In this document: piece after piece, positions 38,928 to 49,702 of the stretch
How the letters are laid out: the number at the start of each line of letters is the position of its first letter
Numbering within the stretch: position 1 is the stretch's first letter
Assembly (NCBI RefSeq): GCF_032062105.1
Contig: NW_026940921.1
Location: 1 to 64,000 of the forward strand
Length of the DNA stretch: 64,000 nt
Direction of reading: 5' to 3'
From: Saccostrea cucullata
Lineage: Eukaryota
Position numbers and translations under genes: made by a program
Notes under the pieces: model-generated
What the model saw: only the letters and a program-made list of their open reading frames with translations
Told to the model about the DNA's origin: nothing
The model's database searches: none

Positions 38928-40900
38928 ATGGACCGGGAGGTTAGCTCGTTCGGTCTTGGTAGGGGGGCTTTGAGACCCGAGGGGGGTTGGTACGCTCGTT
39001 CGCTGGGGGGAGACCGGAGTGGTCTATTAGGTGCCCCGTTAGAGTGCAGCCCAGGGAAAGTCCCGCCTACTAAGAGTGTGAAGTTTGTCCCAGGTGTTGC
39101 TAGTACACCTGTGCCCCAGGGGGGAGTGCCCCGGATAATGTCACTCAGTATGGGGAGGGGGACATGTCACTCACACAGGGAGCTATTTCGGAGGGTCCAG
39201 GGGAAACACCCGGATGGTCCGCTTTCTATTCCCTTATCCAGGAGCGTCAACAGATATTAGAGGGAGCGGTTGACCGGATGCAGGGGGAAATGGGTCAGAT
39301 CCACGGTGACCTTGACACTGTTAATAAGAGGGTCGACACCCTAGGTCGGGATATAGGCATGGTGAATGACAGAATGGATGTTTTTGGTCAAGATATGGGG
39401 GCCCTGAGAGGGGATATAGATGCCCTGGGGACCAGTGTGTCAAAACAGCTGGGGTCGATGGGATCTAACATAGGTGCCATGGAGACAAGTATGGGGGGCC
39501 AGTTAGGTAACATTACTCAGATGTTGGCTGGGTTAATGAAGACCAGTCAGCCCCAGTCACCCCCACCCACGCAGGATAATAGGGTCAGTCAGCCAGTAGT
39601 GACTAGTAGCCAGGGGAGTCCTTGGGTCCCTAGCGCACTACCCGGACAGCAGGTGCCTATTAGTAATCCTGTAGTGACCGCACATAGCGGGGGGTATATG
39701 CCTGTCTCTGTGGGGGGCCCTAGTGTAACCATGTATCAAGGTCAGTCCCTATCCTCACTTGGCAATGACAGTTTAGTCTCGGGATTGCCGAGCACTATTA
39801 CTTTGGGTTCATTCGCGTCAGGGGAGACCGATTGCCCAGTGCCTCCTAGCACGGGCCCACCGGTTCCGGGTCAGGTTGCATGGTGCACCCGAGCGGGTAC
39901 TTCCGCGACATTGCCCTTAGCGTCCGCGCATCCTAGTGTTGCTAACTCGAGTGGTCAGGGCGCTGGCCACTATGGTAGGTTGGTTGGGGAGTCAGTAGCA
40001 TTAGGGGGTAGTCCGTCGTTTATGCCCAGTCAGGGGGGTCTGCATAATGCAGGACAGGGACATTCCCTGATGACCACCGCGTACCAGAGCCTATTGCCTA
40101 GCTTACTTCCCGCGGGTACCCGTAGCTGCATTAGTCGAAATATTCCAGCCGAGGTCAAAGGGGTTAGATATAACGGGGACGTAGAATGGGGTCCGTTTTA
40201 CTCGAAGTTTTCTACCATTGCCGAGTACCATCAGTGGAGCGACCCCGACTCTCTGTTTGCCCTAAGTCTCACGTTAGAGGGGGCAGCCCTTAAATACTTT
40301 GACATCCTCAGGCGACGAGGCGCGCTATTAAGTTTCCGTGAGGTCGTTCTCCGGATGGAGGAGCGATTCGGTAAGACTTCTCTTAGAGCCGCCTCACAGC
40401 TGGAATTTAATTCGATCAACCAGCGGGCGGACGAAGCTATTGAGCAATGGGGAGATAGGGTGATGGACACCGCCCAGAAAGCGTTCGGTGGCGGCACCTC
40501 GCCAGAGGTCTTCCAGGAGCAAATTATTGTCCGTTTTGCTCTTGGGTGTAATGATGGGGAGGCGGGGCAACAGTTGATCAATAATCCCCCGGGAACTCTC
40601 GAGGAGGCAATTAAAAGGGTAAAGACGTATCAACTTAGCCGTAGAGCTTTAGCCCGCCGTCCGCGGGCAGTCAGATCGCTTTCTAGAGACCGGAGTAAGT
40701 CACCAAGTTCAGGCTTTTATCGCGCCAGGTCAGACTCTGAGAACCAAGACTTTTTCGTGGCACGCAGAGAGCGCTCGGAATCTAGGGACCGCTCTAATCG
40801 TGCCAGCGGAGACCGTCCTTATCGTGCCAGCAGGGACCGTCCTTATCGTGCCAGCGAGGACCGTTCCCCAGATCGTGCCAGCGGAGAGTCCGTCCGCTGA
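38928..40900 (+). CDS. gag: Gypsy gag-like ORF (probable 1-nt frameshift in the G-run near 39160; C-terminus truncated)
   Basis: Heptad coiled coil, low-complexity linker, capsid-like region RYNGDVEWGPFYSKF...Q.ADEAIEQWGDRV...TLEEAI, then RS-rich repeats. No CCHC knuckle is seen. Confidence 0.8.
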
Positions 40901-42848
40901 GGGGGGTAGTTGTGGTTCATCTACCCTTCGTCAGGCCATTGTTTCTAGTCCTTGGGAGGATACCCCTTTGTCTGTAAGTGCGTCTGCACTACCCAGTTTC
41001 CAGATTAATGTCAGTGGGGTGTCGAGTTTAGATCCCAAGATTGAGACAGTTAGTCCTCAAGTCTGTCAGGTAACAGGTGACACTGCGGGAATTTCCTTAT
41101 CTTCATACAGTCCCGCAGACCTAGCTCAGAAACAGAAGCATGACAAAGCTATAGTGTACCTAAGACAGTACTTAGAGTCTGGGGACCTACCTACCGAAAG
41201 TGACTTAATTATCTGTAGTCCGGAAGAGAAGTGCTATCTTCTGGAGCGAGACTGCTTTTATCTCGACGAGACAGCAGTTGTTTGGCGAGAACCGGATGAC
41301 TCGGATGCGCCCCGTCGGCTCCTAGTGCCGCGGAGTCTCAGATCCGAGATTATGCACTTATGTCATGACATACCGTCCTCTGGTCACCAGGGAATCCAGA
41401 GAACTAAAGAACGCCTTAAACAACAGTTCTACTGGTGGCGGATGACAAAAGACATTAAATTATATGTCAAGACCTGCGACGTATGTGCCAGGAATAAGCG
41501 TGGTTCGTTGCCAAACAGGTCAGAGCTCAAGAGCTACCAAGCTGGAAGCCCGATGGAGAGGGTACATTTAGACTTTCTCGGGCCGCTTCCCCGAACTGAT
41601 AGCGGGAACGAATACATACTCATGATGGTAGATAACTTTACCAAGTGGGTAGAGTGTATTCCGCTTCCGTCTCAGACAGCGGAAGTCACCGCCCGTTCCG
41701 CTATCAATGACTTCTTTTCTCGATTTGGCTATCCTTACGAAATCTTTACAGATCAGGGCCGCAATTTTGAGAGCGAGCTGTTCTGTAAGATTTGTGCCAT
41801 GTTAGGGATCCATAAAGCCAGGACCACACCCTACCGTCCGTCAGGGAATGGCCAGGTAGAGCGCTACAACCGCACTCTAATGGACGCGGTTCGTTGCTAC
41901 GTAGATGGCCAGCCCAAGTCATGGGATAAGTACTTAGGCCCATTGGCTGGAGCGTTGCGGTCCGCGGTAAACCACCATACTGGATACACTCCAAATCGTC
42001 TCATGCTGGGTAGAGAAGTAAATATACCAGCAACCTTGATGTTCGCCCCACCGCCTTCCACGTCTTTTCAAAATGGGGAGGAGGGTGAGGTAGACAAGTA
42101 TGTACGTGATCTAGAAGAAAATGTTCAGAGCGCGCACGACATTGCCCGCGGTAAATTAAAAGTCGCGCAAAAGGCAATGAAAAGGTCTCATGACATTAAG
42201 GTCCGTACCAGTAAGTTCAAGGTCGGAGACTTGGTCTACTGGCGCCGCAATGCGGGAAAAAAGGTAGAATCAGTATGGAGGGGTCCTGGGATAATAACCG
42301 AAGCCAAATCGGACACAATATTTGTGGTTAAATCTCGGCGCGAGGTCAAGGTCATGCACCATGACAAACTGAAAAGGTGCGAGTCCAGGCAACTCCCCAA
42401 ATGGTTAGTAAACTATAGGAATAAGTTGCCCGGACAGTCAGTAGCCCGAGATGGGGATAGTTCTCCTATACATGAAGTGGTTGCACCGCTGGGCACCGTA
42501 GACCCAGGAATTAGTCCTGAGAGCCCGGGGAGTGGGGGTCACTCAAAAGTTAGCCCCAAACCAGCGGAGTCATTAGGTCCATATATGGGTACTCGTAAAC
42601 GGGTTAGGGAAAGAGTAGAGCAATCTAAACAACCCCCATCGCCCAAAAGACCTAAAGCCACTAGGGGGACTAGAGCCAAGAAATATTGTGTTTGTCTACA
42701 GTCTAATCCCAAGGGGATGATGGTGCAGTGCGACAACTGTCGGGACTGGTTTCACCCAGGGTGTGTGGGTATAAGGGAGGATTATGCCAAATCTGTACCT
42801 CAATATATCTGCCCCGAATGTAGTCCCGTCGGAGTCGACACTGGGTAG
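40900..42848 (+). CDS. pol: pol remnant: integrase (H2C2, DDE core, GPY/F-like) with C-terminal PHD finger; PR, RT and RNase H absent
   Basis: CHDIPSSGHQG...CDVC, VHLDFLGP, FTDQGRNFES, NGQVERYNRTL, WRGPG, then YCVC...MMVQCDNCRDWFHPGC...YICPEC. Confidence 0.93.
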
Positions 42849-42999
42849 TTAGAGTAGTTAGGTTTCCGCAATGATGTGGAAGCGTGTGCAAGTTTTAGTA
42901 GGTTAACATCAGGTTTAGGTAGACTTGTACATGAATTAGTTAGTAAACCTATGTCTAACGGGTTTGATAAACTTACATGTCTTTGTAGGTTCGTAAGTG

Positions 43000-44877
43000 A
43001 TGTCTAAGGAAGTTGATGAGTTTGTCTTCGAGGGCGGAAGCTCCGCCGAGGAAGAGATGCGGGACCGCAGTGACGCGGATTCCGAAGTGGCCGCACCGGC
43101 GAGCGACGCAGAGACGCCGGAGGGAGACAACGGGAGGCCCAGAGGTCGAGGAATCATTACAGGGATTCCAGATGTGCCGCCTCCATTGCCGCCGGCTGGA
43201 CGCGGAGCGCCTATCCGACCAGAGCCCTCTTGGTCGGAGATTGTTGAGCTGAGCCTTGGGAGTCAGGAGCCTGCGAAGGCGCAGGAACCCAGCGCACCCC
43301 GACCCCTGGGAGTTGGGCGTGCGGGGTTGACCAGTTATGCCAGGTTAAGGTTATTACCCGCAGGTGCGGAGGGGGCGGGAGCCCGCCGTATCAGAGCCAG
43401 AGGTACCCGCAGGTGTGCGGTCCATGCTTGTGGAATGAAGTTTTCGGGGGCAACCCCGATGTTGGCTCACATTTGGGAGTACCACACTAGGGGGGTGGAT
43501 GACCCCCAGGTGTTCAGGGATTTTCTCCTGCAGTTAGCTCGTTTGCTCAGGGTGTCCCCTGAGGGTACCAGCGACTTTGGGATGCTGGGTCATCTCCGCC
43601 AGTGGGCGGTCTGGCGAATGGGAGAAGTCGAATGGGGGTTTTCCGGTAGTGTCAGAGATCTGATGATCCGTTTCTCTGCTCATCTGGGTATTGTGCCGCC
43701 CCTAGAGTCGGAGATCCGCAGGGTGCGGATGGGGGAGTTGCCCCATGTTGCAATGCTCATACACCCCCGGGTGATAGCTATTATGTTAAACGGTGCCAAC
43801 ATTATGGGGACTTGGAACTGTATGGAACGATCCCGCTCTAATATAGCGGAGTCTTGGGAAGACGAGTTATTGCCGGAGGCCCTTGGTCAGCAGCGAGGTG
43901 GTTCTTGTACCGGACAGCCTTCCGAGCTCCAGGGAGAGCTTGGTGACCACGACTGTGGTAGCGGAGAGCCCGCAACCACCAGTTGTTGTTGTGGTTCCGC
44001 CGGAGGAAGGCGCCAGCGGCGGAGCGCCGCGGCCTTCTTGGTCAGCGGACCCCCAGGTCCCTCTGATACAGGTTGTTGACTGTTTGTGGTTCCCCCGGAG
44101 GATCCCGGGTGGTGAGGGACAGTCGGTGGGGGAGTTGTTGCGCGCAGACCACCGCCCCGTCGATGTACGAGTGGAGCTGGTGGGTGGTTGCGTAGCGTAT
44201 GGTTTCCGAGAGGAGCCCCTCTCGGACTTAGGCAATCCGCAGTGGGTGGTAGCTCAGGGGATTTCCCCTGGGTCTGCGGACTTTGTTCTGCAGTCCGATG
44301 TAGCCCGCGTTGTGGGAGTGTGTAGAAGCAGGAACTTTGTGTTAGGAGAGATTGGACTGGATTATTCCGGTCCAGCCACTCAGAGGTGCCAGAGGTTTGT
44401 GCTGGCGGAGTTCTTCCGCCAGGCCACGTTCAGTACCGGGATGATACTGGTTTTGAGGGGGACAGCGGACGACCCTTTGGGCCGCGTTCCTACTCAAGAT
44501 TGCCTTACTCTTATGGACGGGATGTTTGTTCCCATCCTAGTACCTATCTTTATCCGTGGTTTCACTGGTGGACAGAGCAGGTGAAGCTCTGGGTGGAGTC
44601 TGGCAGACCCGTATTCTTTGGAATCGGAGGTCAGATCGCGGATATGTCCGCGACCCAGTTGTCGGGAGTCAGAGCTATTCCTACCGACCGACTGCTAGTC
44701 GAGTCGGATAGTCCTGAGTTTCCTTGTGGAGTTGAAGCGCCGATGGGCCCCGGGCACATCGGAGAAGTGTACCGCAGAGTAGCCGCAGCGAGAGGACAGG
44801 ACGTCGCCTTGCTAGCGGGCCTGGTTTTTAGGAACTTCAGGGTGTTCTTTGGGCCTCAGTTGAGGGGGTCGTTATAA
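43000..44877 (+). CDS. Gypsy ORF3: acidic N-terminus, C2H2-like motif, C-terminal TatD-fold domain (two 1-nt frameshifts at ~43880 and ~44570)
   Basis: The joined frames give VLGEIGLDYS, MILVLRG, IFIRGFTGG, VFFGIGG, IPTDRLLVESDSP and NFRVFFG in TatD order. A strong splice acceptor precedes it at 42987-42988. Confidence 0.8.
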
Positions 44878-45286
44878 ATACTTGCGCTGTAGCCGGGAAA
44901 TGATGCCCGGATGTACTTACCTGAGTTTGCCTGCATCGGGAGCAGATAGTCCTGATGGCCGGAACCAGCCGCACTATAGATGTCGCCTTTGATGTACTGA
45001 GCAGAGCCTATCCAGATGTATCAGCGATGGACCACTTGGTGGATGTTAACAACGATGGACCTCGTGGTGTTCCGAGACGACGCGGAGGATGAGTGACTGT
45101 GTGATAGGAACTGTTAAATCTGTGATTTTTATTATTATAGAGACATTAATGTTTAAAGTTTCATTATTGTGTGAATGCATGTGTATGTATGTAAGATAGG
45201 CCCTGCTAGGTGTTAATTATTACTATTGTTTGTATATTATAGTTTGTCCCATTGTAATTACTTTGCGGGCTGGGACGCCCTCTTTC

Positions 45287-45300
45287 AAAATGGGGAGGAG
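45287..45300 (+). promoter_or_regulatory. Polypurine tract
   Basis: AAAATGGGGAGGAG immediately precedes the 3' LTR. Confidence 0.9.
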
Positions 45301-45560
45301 TGTAGTGGTCCTGGAGGAGCTGGGAACGATTTCTCTAGTAACCTCCAGACCACGTGCCCGGCAGTGATGCGGGCTGTGACGTAATCGTCACTCTCTCTGA
45401 TTGCTGATTGTCGACCCGTTCAGACGTGTTTACCAATCCTCTGTAAGTCACTGTATTATTGTTGATATATTATTGGCGACCACTAATAAACGTGCGGAAT
45501 TTTACCATAGTGTTTCTGTATCCGCCATCACAGACATGTAAACATAGCAGAAATACTATA
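45301..45560 (+). repeat. 3' LTR (260 bp)
   Basis: Direct repeat of 31130-31389, followed by the CAAG TSD. Confidence 0.97.
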
Positions 45561-46414
45561 CAAGGGTCATTGGTTGAAAAGATTGGTGATGATGTGAAGT
45601 AAGAGATAATGGAACCTTTACTATGTCTTTTATTCTGGTATTGTAGATAAAATTTCACCGATTGACTAGGTCAATAAAAAATCTGCAAAAATAAAAAATA
45701 TAAAATAAAATCCGCCCGCCCGCCCCGATTTTTAAAAAAATTCGGATGAGAATCTAGCAATTTATTTATTATGGCCTAATGTTATCTACACTAAACTTTC
45801 CTTCGGCTAACATTAATGCATACATGCTTTATCGCCTTAGACTGTGTTTGAAAATAATTTTATCTCCTCTTTTTGAGTAGCTTGATCAATTTATTCTGAG
45901 TATGTCGTATAGTTAATCTTATTGCTCCTCATTCAGTAAATATGGTATTCTATATTCTAGCACTCGTCTTGAATCTTAGGTCTCTAGTTGGAGTTAATTT
46001 ATGTACTATATTAAAGCGAAATACCATTCTTCTCTCTTAATCAATCCTTCGATTTTAGCAAGATTCTTCTGCATTGATAACTGTTTTAGGTCTCCAAGAT
46101 CTTGCATCATCTTACACACAAGGTACTTTATTTACCATCTTTCAATATATCAAATTTCTGGGCATTGCTATGGTTGCTGGTCTTTCTCTTTTTATGACGA
46201 CTTCCTTGAACGTTTTTGCTTTTTTTTTTTGTTGATTTTGTTTAGAGTTAAACACAACTTTTTTGTCGTTTCTCATTTTTCCTGTTAACTTTGGACTTAT
46301 TTCATAACGAAAAGAATGTAGGGCATAATTTTGTTAAGTGCCTCCTTAAATCTAAAATTTCGATCAAACCTTTTTGTTCTGCAAAGAGAAATCAGTAGCC
46401 CAGTAAATAAGAAA

Positions 46415-46772
46415 TTCAATGTACTGTAACAAGTATATTTAAAGTGATCTACAATCAATGGACAATAGCAGGTGTATTTGAAGTGATCTACATTCAATGA
46501 GCCATAAGAAGTGTGTTCGAAGTGATCTACATTCAATGAACCATATCAAGGGTATTTAAATAAATTAATCTACATTCAATGAACCATAACAAATATTTGA
46601 AATTATCCACATTCAATGAGCCATAACAAATATATTTGAAGTGATCCACATTCAATGAACCATAACTTGTGTGTTTGAAGTCATCTACTTTCAATGAACC
46701 ATAAAAAGTGTGTTTGAAGTGATCTGCACTCAATTTACCAAAATTAGTGGGTTGGAAGCTATCTGCATTCAA
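46415..46772. repeat. 39-bp degenerate minisatellite (~9 copies)
   Basis: Consensus approximately GTGTTTGAAGTGATCTACATTCAATGAACCATAACAAGT. Confidence 0.9.
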
Positions 46773-48292
46773 TTTTTAATCGTGGATAGGGGATGACAAT
46801 ATCATTTGAATAACCTTTGAGTGAAGTTTGTACATGAATTGTATCCAACTTAGAAATCGCCTTATGTTAGGCAAGCTTTTTTATAAAAATTTAGTTGCCC
46901 TCACCCTATCGACAATTCAAAAGTTATTTAATCCTCCGAAAAGCAATGCAATTTATACATTCCGGAACAATTTTTTTTTTTTTAGAAAATTCGACATTTA
47001 ATTTTAAATTTTATCGATAGAAATATTCTCACCTATCTTTTGACTTCTTTTTTCATCCTGGGGTGGACGAAGCCAAATATGATTGATTGTATTATGTTTT
47101 ACGCCGAGTCGGCAATTTTTCAGCCATGTTTCGGCGGAAGTAGCCAAATATACATTTACCTGTTTAAATAACTTGCAAATGCAAATCCTTGCCACAAGGT
47201 CAACTTTAAAATAATGTTTATAAAGAAGCCAAATAAACATTATTTTAAACTTGGCCTTGTGGCAGGGATTTGAATTTGAAAGTTATTTTAACATGTATCT
47301 TTACCCGTTTTTTTAAATATGAACCATGCAGAAAAAGTGAATCAAATTCATTTAGATACTTGATATATCCAAATGTCCAGTTTTATACACAGTATGGTGG
47401 GGAGTGGGCTGTTCGTGAAATTTGCTATGTAATAAATTATCTTTTCTTGTCTTTTTCTTTTTAAAATTTCTTTGAATACAATAAAAATTTGAATTTATGA
47501 ATTTATTTTATGATGTTTTTATTCATTTAGATACTAACTTACATAATAATATATCAATATTATTTTATACGGCCAACCGATTAATTGGTCTGAGAGTAGT
47601 GCGCTTTTTGCATTGGATGGTCACATGATGCCTTATATTTTATCTGATTAAGGTCACGTTGTGTGCCTTTTCCACTTATCTTCATTTCAAAGGTTGATAA
47701 ATGGCACATTTCAAGTATTGTGGGATCTATCTAGAGTAATTACAGAATGGTATAAATAGCATAACATGTGAACGTAAGCGACTGACAACCTTCTAGTTGT
47801 ATGTATCTTTCCTGAAGGATATGGGAAAGAGATCGACTTGTTTAAAGACTTTTGGTTCATCCAAAAACTTTCATTAAATTTAACTATCGAAATATACGAT
47901 ACTGTACTTTCATTTTTTTCTGGTAAAGTAAAATTATTTGTGAATAATCATACAGCACCAAAGATAAGCTGAGGTTAAGACGACATGACTTCAGAACGAA
48001 ATACACACATATGCAATTATAATTTGCTGCAATAGAAATATACTATGAAATAAAAAACTTATGTTTCAAAACTCAAATCTAACAGATTCAAATAATAAGA
48101 AGATAAGATAGTTTATTTCAACATTTTATACTTCTGTTCTGTATACATTTAAGTGTTAATTTGCTACTTGAATAGTGCGCGTGTTCGAAAAGTATATGCA
48201 GTCGCCATTTTATAAAACAATTAGAAATGTAAACAAGTCATTGTCCTTTACTGTAACATGGATGTTACTGAATATAGACTCAAACTCCTGTC

Positions 48293-48377
48293 TTAAACCA
48301 CTGGATTCAATAACTGATGAAGGATTTCCTGCATTTTCTTCGTTTTTGAGCTTAAGTGACTAACATCTCTCCCATAT
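48293..48377 (-). CDS. NPY: NPY/NPF precursor, exon 3 (Y-G-R plus C-terminal peptide)
   Basis: ttttctttccag|A TAT GGG AGA GAT...GTG GTT TAA. Phase 2 completes the split Arg codon AG|A, giving RPRY-GR. AATAAA lies ~180 nt downstream (48112-48117). Confidence 0.85.
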
Positions 48378-49702
48378 CTGGAAAGAAAATAATCACAAAT
48401 CAAACGGTAGTACAGTGAAACCTGTATAATCAGACATGCACTGGAAGACAAATTTTGTGTTGGAATATACTGATTACACAGTGTAAAGAAACACGAGAAG
48501 CAGTAAAATGGAAACGTAATTAAATGTCGTAATTCATAGTGTGTCGGATTATTCAGGTGTCGGATTAAGCAGTTTTCACTTTGTTTACATCATCTTAACT
48601 ATTTCCCTCCTTCACTTTTTATTAACACAAAATGTGTATGTGACGCACTTATACCCAAAGTATGGAATAAGCTCCATGCTACGGTTAAGGTATTTAAAAT
48701 ATAAAGGTAAATTTTGGGGTCAAGAAATGGAGTTTCCCAAAGACAGGTATATCGAGAGAAATATATGAAGAGTGAAATACAAGTATGAAAAAAAAAGCAA
48801 TAGCAACCTTTTAATGTTCCTGTCAAGGTTAAGTTTTTCAAAAGTAGTTCAAACTTCAACGTAATGGACATAGGTCAACATTAACAGTACTGCAAGGAAA
48901 AGGTCTTTTACCAAGAAATGAATGTGTGAATTATACAAGCCCTTGCACCAACCATTCAAATGTAAGACCCAAGATTAGTTTATCAGTGTATATGTTTACG
49001 CATGATAATTCATATGCATGAAAATGGTAAAAAAATCAATTACCCAGTTCGCTTAGTATATAAACACAGGAAATATATAAATGTTATCAAAGAAATACAG
49101 GTTCCGCAAACGTCATAAATTTTCAATGTATTTATCAATGACGTCATTAAATTATTTATTAAATGTTACATGGATGTTTACACTCACATGGTTTCAGATG
49201 TCATTTGACAGAGTGCGTGTTATGTTTATACTGACCTAGTGTCCGTCAAGAAAATGTTTGTCATAATTATACTGGCATAGAGCCAGATGTCCCTTGACAA
49301 AAATTATTGCCATGTTTATACTTAGGTAATGCCAATGTCAGCTGACATAATGTGAGTGCCAGCGTTTACACCAATACGTCACATTAAACTTAAAAGCATT
49401 CGTTATCTGAACACCAAAAATATGTGAATCTGTCTCAGTCCTATATATATCAATACACTTGTAACTTTTTTTGACGTCAGTTTTGACAGTGTATACTTAT
49501 ATGAATATTGATTTGTGGTGATTGATTTTCGTGCTTTAAAAGTGTCGATTAATATAATTATTTCAAATCCAATTTTTTCGCGGCGAGCTCAAATTTTGAT
49601 GCTCTACATACATGTAACACAGAATCAACTAATATGAAACATTTAAGAAAATAAGCTAATTATAAGTGTTAAAAAAACCATTGAAGAATAAAGTTTACCG
49701 AG

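Larger units (their letters stand above)
31130..45560 (+). mobile_element. Gypsy/Ty3 LTR retrotransposon, RT-less, with PHD-integrase and TatD-like third ORF
   Basis: Two 260-bp LTRs, CAAG TSD (31126-31129 and 45561-45564), PBS, PPT, gag-like ORF and integrase. Confidence 0.97.
30908..45777. mobile_element. ~435-bp non-autonomous TIR element split by the Gypsy insertion
   Basis: AGGCCATAATAAAAATATTCCTAGATTCTCATCC at 30908 is the imperfect inverse of GGATGAGAATCTAGCAATTTATTTATTATGGCCT ending at 45777. Both halves carry CCGCCCGCCCCGATTTT. Confidence 0.8.

Noticed and set aside
43000-44079. ORF3 as an envelope gene
   Set aside because: There is no signal peptide, fusion-peptide arrangement or transmembrane anchor, and the C-terminal part has TatD motifs instead.
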